DNA of 64,000 nucleotides from Eubacteriales bacterium (GCA_028693055.1 JAQUWD010000008.1:5768-69767), one strand, 5' to 3'; shown: positions 29,547-39,954, counted from the first letter of the stretch. Translations and numbers: made by a program. The notes: generated from the letters alone by a model not told the origin.

Positions 29547-30779
29547 TTAATCACAGCGGAACAAATCCCGGGTATAAACCTTGTCCGCCACCTCTTCCAG
29601 CTCGGCGGTAAAGCGGTTGGCAACGATGACCGTGCATTCCCGTTTAAACTGTTCCAGATCGTTGACTACCTTGCTGCCAAAGAACTCCTCGCCGTCCGGC
29701 AGCGTCGGCTCGTAAACAATCAGCGTCGCGCCCTTGGCCTTTAGCCGCTTCATCACGCCCTGTATGCTGGACTGACGGAAGTTGTCCGAGTTTGCCTTCA
29801 TGGTCAGGCGGTAAATTCCGATGGTCAAATTTTTGGGAGCCATCGCCATGTAGCCGCCTTCGTCCGTATACATGCCGGCTTTTCGTAAAATCTGCTGGGC
29901 GATGAAGTCCTTCCGGGTTACGTTGGAATCTACAATCGCCTCGATGATATTTTCCGGCACATCCTGATAGTTCGCCAGCAGCTGCTTGGTGTCCTTAGGC
30001 AGACAGTACCCACCATAGCCAAAGGAAGGATTGTTATAATGCTTGCCCACCCGGGGATCCAAGCAAACCCCGTCGATAATTTGCCGCGCGTCCAGATGCC
30101 GAAGCTCGGCATAGGTGTCCAGCTCGTTAAAAAAGCAGACGCGGAGTGCCAGATAGGTATTGGCGAAAAGCTTGATGGCCTCCGCCTCGGTGGAGCCTAC
30201 GTGGAGCACGGGAACCTCTTCGTCGATCGCCCCTTCCTTAAGGAGCCCGCCAAATACCTGCGCCGCTTCCTGCAGTCGTTCGGAAGGCGCGCCTACCACG
30301 ATACGGCTGGGATGCAGATTGTCGTACAGGGCGCGGCCCTCTCGAAGAAATTCGGGCGAAAACAGCAGATTAGGGTATTGCTCGCTCATGTGGGCGGTAA
30401 AGCCCACCGGCACCGTGGATTTAATCACCACCACCGCACGGGGGTTTATCTCGGCCGCCATGTGAATGACCGACTCCACGGAGCTGGTATTAAAATAGTT
30501 TTTCACCGGATCGTAATCCGTGGGCGTAGACACAATGACAAAGTCAGCGTCCCGGAAGGCGGCCGCCGCGTCGCAGGTAGCGGTGAGGTTCAGGGGCTGA
30601 TGGGCCAGATATTCCTTGATTTCTTTGTCCTCCAGCGGAGAAACTCTTTGGTTGATCTGGTCTACGCGGCTTTGCTGAATGTCCGTGGCTACTACCTCAT
30701 GGCGCATGCTTAACAGCACCGCGTTTGAAAGCCCCACATAGCCGATGCCCGCCACCGCAATTCGTAGCTTCTTTTCCAT
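29547..30779 (-). CDS. ugd: UDP-glucose/nucleotide-sugar 6-dehydrogenase
   Basis: Rossmann [14 protein letters not shown], catalytic region [11 protein letters not shown] (here [12 protein letters not shown]). Typical length of 410 aa. Confidence 0.9.
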   Translation of the reverse strand: MEKKLRIAVAGIGYVGLSNAVLLSMRHEVVATDIQQSRVDQINQRVSPLEDKEIKEYLAHQPLNLTATCDAAAAFRDADFVIVSTPTDYDPVKNYFNTSSVESVIHMAAEINPRAVVVIKSTVPVGFTAHMSEQYPNLLFSPEFLREGRALYDNLHPSRIVVGAPSERLQEAAQVFGGLLKEGAIDEEVPVLHVGSTEAEAIKLFANTYLALRVCFFNELDTYAELRHLDARQIIDGVCLDPRVGKHYNNPSFGYGGYCLPKDTKQLLANYQDVPENIIEAIVDSNVTRKDFIAQQILRKAGMYTDEGGYMAMAPKNLTIGIYRLTMKANSDNFRQSSIQGVMKRLKAKGATLIVYEPTLPDGEEFFGSKVVNDLEQFKRECTVIVANRFTAELEEVADKVYTRDLFRCD

Positions 30780-30800
30780 AAGCCAACCTCCTATGTCCTT

Positions 30801-31766
30801 TTACTCTTCTGTTTTTTCCGCTTTTTGCCCGCATTCCAGCTTGCGGACGCGGTATTGCACGTCCTCTAAAAGCTTGCGATTATCACTGATGATATCCGCC
30901 TGTACCCCGGCGATAAAAATCTGCACGCCAATCATCAGCAAAGCGGCGCAGAGAATTAACGACTGTATGTGGCCGCTGCCGGAGCCTGTGGTGATGGCGA
31001 GGATCACAAAGCGAATGCCTAGCAGCAAGCCAGCTCCAAAAAATACGGAGCCGATGATGCCGAAAAAGCGCATCGGCTTATACATGGCGAAGGAGCGCAA
31101 AATCACCCCGGTGGAGCGTTTCATATAACGCGCCATGCTGCTAAACAGCCGGGACGGGCGAAGCTCCGGATTGGTCCGTACCGGCACGCTGGTCATGGGC
31201 GTGCGATTCCACCCCGCTTGAATAATCGTTTCCAGCGTATAGGTGTAATCGTTGACCACGTTTAGCCGCAGCGCCGCCTCCTTGCTATAGGCGCGGAAAC
31301 CGCTGGGCGCGTCGGGAATGTCGGAATTAGAAGCCACGCGCACCACCCAGCTGCCCAAATGCTGGAACAGCTTCTTTCGACGGGAAAAATGCTCGGTTTC
31401 ATCAATGGGACGTTCCCCAATGACGATATCCGCCTGCTCGTCCAGAATCGGGCGCACCAGCTTTTCGATATCGTCGCCGCAGTACTGATCGTCCGCGTCG
31501 GTATTGACAATAATGTCAGCCCCCAGATGAAGGCATGCGTCCACGCCTGCCATAAAGCCCCGTGCCAGCCCCTTATTCTGCTTAAAGGAAACGATATGGT
31601 TCACGCCCCATTCCCGGGCCACCTTGACCGTATCGTCCCGGGAGCCGTCGTTGACGACGAGCACCTCAATCTGATCGATTCCGTCGATCTGCTTTGGCAG
31701 ATGATCCAGCGCCACATGGAGCGTATCCGCTTCGTTATAACAGGGGATTTGAATAATCAGCTTCAT
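30801..31766 (-). CDS. Family-2 glycosyltransferase (polyprenol-phosphate sugar transferase-like) with C-terminal TM helices
   Basis: IQIPCYNE...VVNDGSRDDT...NTDADDQY motifs and two C-terminal TM segments. The ATG at 31766 overlaps the upstream stop (ATGA). Confidence 0.8.
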   Translation of the reverse strand: MKLIIQIPCYNEADTLHVALDHLPKQIDGIDQIEVLVVNDGSRDDTVKVAREWGVNHIVSFKQNKGLARGFMAGVDACLHLGADIIVNTDADDQYCGDDIEKLVRPILDEQADIVIGERPIDETEHFSRRKKLFQHLGSWVVRVASNSDIPDAPSGFRAYSKEAALRLNVVNDYTYTLETIIQAGWNRTPMTSVPVRTNPELRPSRLFSSMARYMKRSTGVILRSFAMYKPMRFFGIIGSVFFGAGLLLGIRFVILAITTGSGSGHIQSLILCAALLMIGVQIFIAGVQADIISDNRKLLEDVQYRVRKLECGQKAEKTEE

Positions 31767-33580
31767 TGTACTTTCCTTTCTTCCGTAGGGCACAGTCGCT
31801 GTGCGCAAAGCCACAAAAGCAGCGGCGCGCACAGATACAGGGGCATGGCGTAACGGAAATAACCGTTCACCGCCGACAATAGACAGCCAGCCAGCGAGAA
31901 AAGCGATGGCACCGCCGCAATCAGCAGCCGTCGCCTGCGGCCGCGCAACAAAACCGTAATGGCAAACAGGCAGATCCATCCATACAAACCCGGAGCGATC
32001 CAGATACGGTACAGTGGATTTTGCGCCAGCTGATCGGTAAAGCTCTTCAGCGTCTCTGCCCTTGGATTGACGCTGTAATCAAACACCGCCTCCACCTCCG
32101 GGGTGGAACGCTTTTGACGGCCAATCAGCAGCGTAGGCTTGATCAGGCTCATATAGCCCGGATACAAATATCCGTAGGTGTTATGGAAGGTAGCGCTCAA
32201 GCAGGTGGAGGGATATTTAGCCGCAAGGGAGCGCCATGTCCTAAAAAAAGCTGACTTTTGCGCTTCCGTAGCCCCGTCCTGCCACAATTGCTTTACCGGA
32301 TCGCTCAGCTCCGGGTTATATACGTCCTTCAACTGATCGATCGGAAGCACCGCGTCAATGGTTTTCGCTTCCTCATGGGTCAGCTCATGGGTGGAGGCCA
32401 CCCGCGCCGTCTGCTGCAAGGGCAGCGACCAGTTTTCCGTTTCCGGCATAGGCGCAATTCCCAGCCGAGGAATCAGCAGCAGGTGAAGCGACGCATAAAC
32501 CAAGACAACGGACAGTATCGCTCCAAAGGGCGCAACCCATTGACCGCTGCGATGCCGCGGGCGCTTCAGCGTCCAGCACAGCAGCATAAACAGCGTTAGC
32601 AGCGCTAGATAAACGCCGGGATTGCGCAGCAGCGTGCACATCACCCCCGCTAGGCAGAGGCTGATGACATTTGCCGCCCCCAGCCGTTGATCCGGCTGTA
32701 ACCGTATCAGACGAACCGCGCTTAACGACAGCCACAATACCGCCATTGAGAAATTGGTGTCCTTCCCCATGCAAAAAGCAAACAAGGGAAACACCGGGCA
32801 AAGGGCGTAAAAAGCAAAGGAAAGATACCGCAGCCAACGGGGCGCGCCATCCCGCGCCATATCCGCCAGCAATCCTCCCATCAGCCACGCCAGCAGCAAC
32901 GCCTGCAAGCCGCAATAAAGGAACACTCCTGCGTCCGCGCTATTCAGCGCCACGCCAATCCCGCGAAAAAGATAGACCAGCGCCGTCTGAAAAATCGGAT
33001 TCGCGTTTCCAAGGGGCTCCACGCCAATGATTTCCATCACCTGCGTAACGCTATCATTGCTTACGGTACCCGGAAAAATATAAATGAGCCAAGGTATCCA
33101 GCAGAGAAGCAGCCCGCCGCCCAGCCATAACGATCGCCCTCTCTTTCCTCCGACAGGGCCGCGCTTTGCCAAAGCCGCGCATAATAGCTTCATAACGGCA
33201 AAATAAAGAACGGCCCGTCCCACGACGGAGAGAAGCGACAGCGCTTTGTTTCCCGTCACCAGTTCCATGGCGCCCGATAGCAAATAGCTTTTGCCGCAGG
33301 TTATCATTACGGCAAAAAAAAGGGACAATAGCCAAAGCGGCGCTCCAAAGAAGGGCTCCGGCAGCTTTAGCCACAGCGCGTAAAGCAGCACAAGCACAGC
33401 CGGCAGCACACTCCACTGGATCCAGTCCCAAACGGAAAAGCCTGCGAACATCGCCCATAATTCAATTTGTCCGGGAATCTCCGTCATTGCCGCCGTCAGC
33501 GCATAGGCCGAAAAACTGATGAGCCCCAGCAAAAGGGCAATCGGCACCCGGGGAATGGAACGATTTGCTGTCTGCGACAA
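31763..33580 (-). CDS. Large polytopic membrane protein (605 aa), function unknown
   Basis: Long ORF, almost entirely hydrophobic segments plus one periplasmic-type domain. Translationally coupled to the GT2 gene. Confidence 0.6.
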   Translation of the reverse strand: MSQTANRSIPRVPIALLLGLISFSAYALTAAMTEIPGQIELWAMFAGFSVWDWIQWSVLPAVLVLLYALWLKLPEPFFGAPLWLLSLFFAVMITCGKSYLLSGAMELVTGNKALSLLSVVGRAVLYFAVMKLLCAALAKRGPVGGKRGRSLWLGGGLLLCWIPWLIYIFPGTVSNDSVTQVMEIIGVEPLGNANPIFQTALVYLFRGIGVALNSADAGVFLYCGLQALLLAWLMGGLLADMARDGAPRWLRYLSFAFYALCPVFPLFAFCMGKDTNFSMAVLWLSLSAVRLIRLQPDQRLGAANVISLCLAGVMCTLLRNPGVYLALLTLFMLLCWTLKRPRHRSGQWVAPFGAILSVVLVYASLHLLLIPRLGIAPMPETENWSLPLQQTARVASTHELTHEEAKTIDAVLPIDQLKDVYNPELSDPVKQLWQDGATEAQKSAFFRTWRSLAAKYPSTCLSATFHNTYGYLYPGYMSLIKPTLLIGRQKRSTPEVEAVFDYSVNPRAETLKSFTDQLAQNPLYRIWIAPGLYGWICLFAITVLLRGRRRRLLIAAVPSLFSLAGCLLSAVNGYFRYAMPLYLCAPLLLWLCAQRLCPTEERKVQ

Positions 33581-33670
33581 AACATCAGTCCTTCCAGCGG
33601 AAATACGCCTAAAAATTACATCTAATCATAGCGTTTTTTGTCTTGAGTGTCAATTAGGCGCGAAAGCTCT

Positions 33671-34840
33671 TCACTTGGCTTCGGCAGGCTCCCGCTCCTT
33701 CGCAGCCGATTTGTCCTTTCCCCAATCCAACAGGGTATGCCCATTTCGGGCGGCGTTAGGCAAAATCATGCGCACGACCTCCGACGCGCCCGTAGAAAAC
33801 AGGGAGTGCAGCATGGTACGCACATTCTTACGCATTTCAGGGTCAATTTCGCGGAGCGCTTCCAGCGCTTTCATAGCCGTGTCCCGCCAGTCGTCGCTCA
33901 GGTCGGTCACCAGCTCGGCCTGAGACGCGTCCACCACCTGATACAGCGTTTTCACCAGCGTGCGGCGGTCGTTGCCGTCCATGGTAGCCAGCCATGTATG
34001 GAGGGTTTCATCGGTGATTTTACCGGTCATGTCCAACCCTTCCAGCTGCACAAAGTCGCCGTTTTCCACCTGCCACGTCATCGCGTCATGCTGTAAAATA
34101 CCAACGGAATGGGCGCGCACCACTGTATAAACCGGATGATAATTCATCAGCATCCCCACTACGCTGCTTTGGGGAATAAAGCTCTGAATACGATCCTTAA
34201 CGCGGTTATATTCCTCGCTTTGTAAGAATTCCTCATACATGCCGGGGCCGTCAAAGCTATAGACCGCCTGCAGCCTGCGCTGTACCTCAGGGTTGCAAAA
34301 GGCTCCGGAATAAACCGACAGATTCCCGCCCTTGCTATGACCGCATACCGACAGCGGCCGTTCGTCTACGGCCGCGATGCGCTCCAAATAGGTTACCGCT
34401 TCCTTTTGCGCGGGTACCACCATATAGGACATGTTAAAATCCTCTTTCCAGCCCGCGATGGTTAAATCGGTGCCGCGAAAGCTGACCGCGCTGCTTCCGT
34501 CCTCCATATCATAGGTTGCAGCGCAGAACTGGGTTTCCAGCTCGTCGTCAATATGGTTCACATAATCGTGCATCATCCAGCTTTGGTAGCGCTTCAGCCC
34601 AGCGCACACCTCGCTTAAGCGGTAGCGCTTCTGCTGGAACTGATCCAACCGCTGGGGGTCGCAATGCTCCCGAAGGAACGCCCACGCTTCCTTCACGGTC
34701 AGCCTTTCGCCGTTATCCATTCCGCCCTCCATGGGCATATAAATCAATTGGGACAAAATCAGGCTATCCAGCGCGTCGAAGGGGCGTTGCTCCAGCGTAA
34801 GCTCCCCAACCGCGACGGCATGCTCTTGAATCGTAGCCAT
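33671..34840 (-). CDS. DUF2974 (Mbeg1-like) alpha/beta-hydrolase/lipase-like protein
   Basis: Nucleophile elbow CGHSKGGNL and FRGTDLTIAGWKEDF block. GGAGG RBS 6 nt before the ATG at 34840. Confidence 0.65.
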   Translation of the reverse strand: MATIQEHAVAVGELTLEQRPFDALDSLILSQLIYMPMEGGMDNGERLTVKEAWAFLREHCDPQRLDQFQQKRYRLSEVCAGLKRYQSWMMHDYVNHIDDELETQFCAATYDMEDGSSAVSFRGTDLTIAGWKEDFNMSYMVVPAQKEAVTYLERIAAVDERPLSVCGHSKGGNLSVYSGAFCNPEVQRRLQAVYSFDGPGMYEEFLQSEEYNRVKDRIQSFIPQSSVVGMLMNYHPVYTVVRAHSVGILQHDAMTWQVENGDFVQLEGLDMTGKITDETLHTWLATMDGNDRRTLVKTLYQVVDASQAELVTDLSDDWRDTAMKALEALREIDPEMRKNVRTMLHSLFSTGASEVVRMILPNAARNGHTLLDWGKDKSAAKEREPAEAK

Positions 34841-34982
34841 AGGCAACCTCCAGCATTCAGGATACCTTTAGTATATCCCATTTGAAGGGATGGACGCAAG
34901 CCACCAAAGATCTTGGGCTATGCAAAGCCCAGAAAGTCATGATATAATGAATCATCTGTGCGTCAAGGAGGTATGTGGAAAC

Positions 34983-36149
34983 ATGCTGATCGGTGAATTC
35001 TGCGAAACTTTTCCGCCGTCGTTGGACGGCGTAGGACGCGTCATGCTCAGCTACTGTCAGATGCTGGATCAGTTGGGACATCGCGCCATTTATATAGCCC
35101 CCGAAAACCCGGCCTACTCCGACGATGTTGGTTGCGAAACGATTCTCTATGGTGGAATACGCGTGCCCAACGAACCGTACTATGTAGGGTCGCCCCGGTT
35201 TAGCGCTTTTTACCGCAAGGCCATCCGTCCGCTTTCCTTTGACGTTGTCCACGCTCACAGCCCCTTTTTAGCCGGACGCGCGGCTCAACGCATCGCTAAG
35301 AAACGAAACATTCCACTGGTTGCTACCTTTCACAGCAAATATTACGACGATTTTTATCGCGCCACAGGCTCCAAAACGTTGGCTAGGCTGGGAATCCGTT
35401 ATATTCTATCCTTTTACAAAGCCTGCGACGAGGTGTGGGCAGTGAACGAAAAAACCGCCGATGTACTGCGCGGCTATGGCTTTCAAGGAGAAATCATCAC
35501 CATGCCCAATGGCACGGACTGCGAGGCGCTATCGGAGGACGAATATGCCGACGCTCTCCGTCCCTATGCCCTGCCGAAGGACATACCCATTTTTCTCTTT
35601 GTGGGGCAGCAGGATTTTAAAAAGAATACCAAAAGTATTCTGGAAGCCTGCGGACTGCTTAAGAAGCGCGGCATGGATTTTAGGCTGCTGATGGTGGGGG
35701 GAGGGCAGGATCTTCGGCGGCTGATGGCCCTTTCACAGACGCTTGGGCTATCGGATCAAGTGATTTTTACCGGCTTCATCAGCGACCGACGCACCACGCT
35801 GGCTTTGCATCGACGGGCGGATTTGCTCGTCTTTCCCTCCATTTACGACAACGCGCCGATGGTGGTGCGGGAAGCCGCCGCCATGGGTACCCCCTCCTTG
35901 CTGATTGAAAACACCTGCGCCGCCGAAGGCGTTATCCATGGGGAAAACGGTTACCTTTGCCAAAACAGCCCGCAAAGCATTGCAGACGGCATTGCCGCCG
36001 CTCTGCCGACCGTACGTCAGGTGGGCGAACGGGCCCGTCAAACCATTCCCATTCCATGGCTGACCATTGTTCAAAACGCCCTTGCCCGCTATACCGACCT
36101 TGCCGCAGCCAAGTCGAAAGGAGCCGTCCATGAAACCAGCCGTGCGTAA
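34983..36149 (+). CDS. GT4-family (GT-B) glycosyltransferase
   Basis: N-terminal PPSLDGVGRV, and C-terminal FPSIYDNAPMVVREAAAMGTPSL (E-x7-E region). AAGGAGG RBS. Confidence 0.85.
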   Translation: MLIGEFCETFPPSLDGVGRVMLSYCQMLDQLGHRAIYIAPENPAYSDDVGCETILYGGIRVPNEPYYVGSPRFSAFYRKAIRPLSFDVVHAHSPFLAGRAAQRIAKKRNIPLVATFHSKYYDDFYRATGSKTLARLGIRYILSFYKACDEVWAVNEKTADVLRGYGFQGEIITMPNGTDCEALSEDEYADALRPYALPKDIPIFLFVGQQDFKKNTKSILEACGLLKKRGMDFRLLMVGGGQDLRRLMALSQTLGLSDQVIFTGFISDRRTTLALHRRADLLVFPSIYDNAPMVVREAAAMGTPSLLIENTCAAEGVIHGENGYLCQNSPQSIADGIAAALPTVRQVGERARQTIPIPWLTIVQNALARYTDLAAAKSKGAVHETSRA

Positions 36150-37176
36150 AGTGCTGAACCTTCTCTTTATCGTCGCCACATTAGCCATCATTATTGCGAT
36201 CGCTTTCAGCAATAATGAAATGCTCAACGCGTGGGACACGCTATTTACCCTAAATCCTTTCTGGCTGTGCTTAGCAGTGGTCAGCTTGGGCTGTTACGTG
36301 CTTTTCGACGCGTTGGGCTACCATTTCTTCCTCATCAAGCAAAAGTGTCCCATCACCCTGCGCCACTCCCTTTACGTATCCTTGATGGGGCTTTATTATG
36401 GAAATATCACCCCGGGCGCCAGCGGCGGACAGCCCATGCAGGTATATGCCATGAGCAAGATGAACGTGCCGGTGGGGGTGGGAACCTCCGCCGTCTCCCT
36501 TCGCTTGTTCTGCAATCAGCTCATGGTGGTATTGCTCGCGTCCGTTCTGTGGATCTGTAACGCGGACTTCGTGAACGCTCAGCTGGGTGGCGTTCGCTGG
36601 GCGATCATCATCGGTTGGGTCATCAACTTTGCCGCCGTGCCGCTGGTGCTACTGGCGGCGCTCCATCGACCGCTGGTGCAGGCCGTCATCCATTTTTTCA
36701 TCAAAATCGGCGCGAAGCTTCGCTTGGTGAAGGATGTGGACGCAGCCCGCGTCCGCATGGACGCTGTGCTGGATACCTACCATTCCAGCATTTTACGGCT
36801 TGGCCGCCACCCCAAGCAAATCCTGATTCAGCTTCTGCTAGCCGGGTTAAGCATGCTGGGGCTGATGGGCGTGACCGTATTTCTCTACAGCGCCTTCGGT
36901 CAAAGCGGCGTACCGTGGTATCGCACGCTGACCGTCTCCTTCCTGCTGTTCTTGAGCGCTAGCTATACGCCCTTGCCCGGCGCAAGCGGCGCGCAGGAGG
37001 GCGGCTTTCTGGTCTACTATCGCGGCCTATTCACCGAAGGCACCATCGGCTTGGCGCTGCTGGTTTGGCGCTTTATCACCTATTATTCTTTTTTGCTGCT
37101 GGGGGCCTTCGTCACCATCTTACACAACCTTCGCTCCTCTCGAAAGAAGCGCGTATCTCCCGGGGCGGAAAACTGA
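36130..37176 (+). CDS. Lysylphosphatidylglycerol-synthase-TM-like (UPF0104, flippase-like) membrane protein
   Basis: 8 TM segments and the conserved ITPGASGGQPMQVYAM motif. 20-nt overlap with the GT4 gene. Confidence 0.7.
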   Translation: MKPAVRKVLNLLFIVATLAIIIAIAFSNNEMLNAWDTLFTLNPFWLCLAVVSLGCYVLFDALGYHFFLIKQKCPITLRHSLYVSLMGLYYGNITPGASGGQPMQVYAMSKMNVPVGVGTSAVSLRLFCNQLMVVLLASVLWICNADFVNAQLGGVRWAIIIGWVINFAAVPLVLLAALHRPLVQAVIHFFIKIGAKLRLVKDVDAARVRMDAVLDTYHSSILRLGRHPKQILIQLLLAGLSMLGLMGVTVFLYSAFGQSGVPWYRTLTVSFLLFLSASYTPLPGASGAQEGGFLVYYRGLFTEGTIGLALLVWRFITYYSFLLLGAFVTILHNLRSSRKKRVSPGAEN

Positions 37177-37266
37177 CAACACGTACTTTTCACTTATCCA
37201 TCATCAAACGCGCATGCGATGCGGTTATACTCTGACTGTATAAAATACAAGAAAGGGATGTAACCC

Positions 37267-37809
37267 ATGAAATACAAACGATTTGCCCTCATTCTTGCCC
37301 TTGCCCTCTGCTTATGGATTCCTTCCGCTTTCGCCCAGACGTATACGGCCGGTAGCTATTTTACCGTTACCTATGACAGCGATGTTTATACCTTGGACGA
37401 TGTTACCTATGAAAGCGAGAATACCTCGGATGATTCCCACTGGTTTTTCATTCTATACAACGATGAAATCATGTTCGACGTCAGCATGGTGAAGCTGGAG
37501 GAATACGAAAGCCTAAGCCTGACGACAGCCGACGATACGGCGAAGCAAAGCTATATCGACGACACACTGGATTATTACAGCGACGAAAACGCGACGCTCC
37601 TGACCTCTTTGGCAGCAGGCACGAAAAGCATTCCGTTCTATGTATATTCCTTCCAAAACGAGGACGGCCCCTACCTCATGGCAGAGACCGTGCAAAAGGG
37701 ATATGCCATCGATTTTATGGCGTACTACAACGATGCGTCCGTCCCTGTAGACGATGCGCTAGCCAAAGAGCTTTCCACCCTTCTTGGCACCTTTGAGCCG
37801 GTCATGTGA
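37267..37809 (+). CDS. Secreted hypothetical protein
   Basis: Signal peptide MKYKRFALILALALCLWIPSAFA. No family recognised. Confidence 0.55.
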   Translation: MKYKRFALILALALCLWIPSAFAQTYTAGSYFTVTYDSDVYTLDDVTYESENTSDDSHWFFILYNDEIMFDVSMVKLEEYESLSLTTADDTAKQSYIDDTLDYYSDENATLLTSLAAGTKSIPFYVYSFQNEDGPYLMAETVQKGYAIDFMAYYNDASVPVDDALAKELSTLLGTFEPVM

Positions 37810-38143
37810 TTGAGTGTCAAAAAGGCGCTTCGCGCATTTTCGCCAGTTACGGGTAGTGTTTGCAGCTATGCCGCAAACTGCCCGCCCGACCGGCGTAGCC
37901 GGTCGATACGAATGCAGTCGGGGGTGCCTGCGGGCTCCCCCAACGTCCCCTCATGGAGTGTCAGTCTCTGCCGGTCATGTGACAGAGTGTCAAAAAGTGC
38001 TTCGCGCTTTTTCGCCAGTTACGGGTAGTGTTTGCGGCTATGCCGCAAACTGCCCGTCAGACCGGCATAGCCGGTCGATACGAATGCAGTCGGGGGAGCT
38101 AGCAGGCATCCCCGACGCCCCCTTTGGGGGGTGATAGTCTCAA
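37798..38143 (+). repeat. Two tandem copies (period 173 bp) of a structured multi-hairpin repeat element
   Basis: 37798-37970 and 37971-38143 align along their whole length. Each contains the hairpins AAAAAGCGC/GCGCTTTTT, GTTTGCGGC/GCCGCAAAC and GACCGGC/GCCGGTC. The first unit starts inside the last 4 codons of the preceding CDS. Confidence 0.85.
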
Positions 38144-38197
38144 GGGGCTGTTGCACAAGCGAATGATAAAAAATCATGCTTGTTCAACAGCCTTTTT

Positions 38198-38659
38198 TTA
38201 TTTTTCGAGGGGCACATCCTTCACCATCTGGCGATAACCCAGCACGTGATAGCCCAGTCTGCCGTAAAGCTTCTCTGCCTCCTCGTTATCCGGCTCCACC
38301 TCCAGCCGAAAGCGTCCGCAGTGGGGGTATGCCTCCTCGATAAATTGCAAAAGCCGGGTGCCAATCCCCTGCCCCTGAAACTCCGGCTTTATATATATCT
38401 CTTCCACCCAAACAGCCTGCCCGCCCACCTCTTGGGAAAAGGTTTTAGCCAGCAACGCATAGCCCATCACCTCGCCCATATCGCTGATGGGCAAGTAACC
38501 GTCCGCATAAACATCGGAGCGAATCACCTCGTCAAAGGCTCGCGTTAAATAGCAATCGGGTACCGGGTGCAGCACTGCCGGAGAATGATAAAACGTCCAC
38601 GCCATTTGCAAATAGGCGTCACGATCCTTTTCCTCCATTCGCCTGATGAACATAATCAC
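38198..38659 (-). CDS. GNAT-family N-acetyltransferase
   Basis: Acetyl-CoA binding motif IKPEFQGQGIGTRLL. Confidence 0.85.
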   Translation of the reverse strand: MIMFIRRMEEKDRDAYLQMAWTFYHSPAVLHPVPDCYLTRAFDEVIRSDVYADGYLPISDMGEVMGYALLAKTFSQEVGGQAVWVEEIYIKPEFQGQGIGTRLLQFIEEAYPHCGRFRLEVEPDNEEAEKLYGRLGYHVLGYRQMVKDVPLEK

Positions 38660-38801
38660 TTCTCCCTTTCTTCATTTATCCGCTCCATCCAAAGAGCAGA
38701 ATCTTTATTATACCCAAAGGTCGGCTGGAAGTAAACCTCCTTGCTTTTGATCCGGGAATAGCGTATCATAAACGGCAGCACAACGAAGGAGGAGCCCGCA
38801 G

Positions 38802-39773
38802 ATGAGCGCCGTACCCAACATAACAGGCCGGAAAGCCACCTTTCGCTTGGACCAGTATCCCGCGGTTGAGGAGCTAGCCCATGCGCTGGGTACGGAGCTA
38901 CGGCTTCACATCATGCAGCTGGTGGGCGAACGCCCCCTAAGCGTCGCAGAGCTGGCGGAAAAGCTAGGCGTGCCCGTATCCACCTGCTCGCTTAACGTGC
39001 AGGTGCTGGAAAGCGCAAAGCTTTTGCGCTGCGAACGCTTACCCGGTCAACGCGGAACCGCAAAAATCTGTTCACGTCGGCTGGATCAGGTCACCTTCGA
39101 TTTACGGCTTCCCTCCGAAATGAAAAAAGAGGTGCAAGCCCTTGAAATCCCCGTGGGCTGTTACAGCAGCGTTGGTGAAATCACCGCCACCTGCGGCATG
39201 ACAGATCACGTGAGCCTGAATAAGTACTTTGACAACCCCGCCTGCTTTCTGCACCCCTACCATTTTACAGCCGGGCTGATCTGGATGCATTCCGGGTATG
39301 TGGAGTATACCATTCCTCCCTTTGAAAACCTGCCAGAGCTGCGGGAGCTGGAAATTACCTTTGAAGCCTGCGCCGAGGCTCCCTCCTACTGCAACGATTG
39401 GCCATCGGATATTTATGTGGAGGTAAACGGCTGCGAGCTGGGCGTCTGGCGCTGCCCGGGAGATTACGGCGGTCGGCGCGGATTGCTGAATCCCGATTGG
39501 TGGTCGGATCTGGACACTCAATACGGCGAGCTGAAAAGCTGGCGGGTGCTGCAAGGCTGCACCAAGCTAAACGGCGAATACCTATCCTCCGTTCGTTTGG
39601 AGGATTTGCATTTAGACAGTCCTGCGGGGGTAAGCATTCGTCTGGGCGTGCATGCCGACGCAAAATGCGTTGGCGGAATGAACCTCTTTGGCGCTTCCTT
39701 TGGCGACCATCCCCAAGGAATCGTTGTGCGCTCCTATTATGAGCCTATAGGCGATAAAGCTTCGGTCGACTGA
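38802..39773 (+). CDS. ArsR-family winged-helix regulator with a ~220-aa C-terminal domain of unknown function
   Basis: HTH RLHIMQLVGERPLSVAELAEKLGVPVSTCSLNVQVLESAKLL. Confidence 0.7.
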   Translation: MSAVPNITGRKATFRLDQYPAVEELAHALGTELRLHIMQLVGERPLSVAELAEKLGVPVSTCSLNVQVLESAKLLRCERLPGQRGTAKICSRRLDQVTFDLRLPSEMKKEVQALEIPVGCYSSVGEITATCGMTDHVSLNKYFDNPACFLHPYHFTAGLIWMHSGYVEYTIPPFENLPELRELEITFEACAEAPSYCNDWPSDIYVEVNGCELGVWRCPGDYGGRRGLLNPDWWSDLDTQYGELKSWRVLQGCTKLNGEYLSSVRLEDLHLDSPAGVSIRLGVHADAKCVGGMNLFGASFGDHPQGIVVRSYYEPIGDKASVD

Positions 39774-39925
39774 GCGAGCCTCCTTCCCTTTTTCACGGCA
39801 AAAAGAAAGTGCCACACAAAATGATGGGTGATTTCCAAAAGTGATTTCACAGGGAAGTTATTTAAAGAATTAACCATAATGAATCGGCTTTACTGATAGC
39901 GAAACTGATTCCATAAAAATTATGC

Positions 39926-39954
39926 TTGCATTTTCTATAAATGTTTGTTATAAT
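39926..39954 (+). promoter_or_regulatory. Sigma-A promoter for tRNA-Arg
   Basis: TTGCAT (39926-39931), 17-nt spacer, TATAAT (39949-39954), ~37 nt upstream of the tRNA. Confidence 0.7.

Noticed and set aside
37810-38134. ORFs of 72 and 106 aa (and 43733-43948 on the minus strand) with similar peptide sequences (FRQLRVVFAAMPQTARPTG...)
   Set aside because: They are translations of the hairpin-rich repeat element. Similarity holds at the DNA level in both orientations, and the stems impose the reading. There are no RBSs. Annotated as a repeat, not as CDS.
37798-38143. Possible CRISPR array
   Set aside because: There are only two 173-bp units that are homologous along their entire length, with no short repeat/unique spacer organisation and no cas genes in the window.
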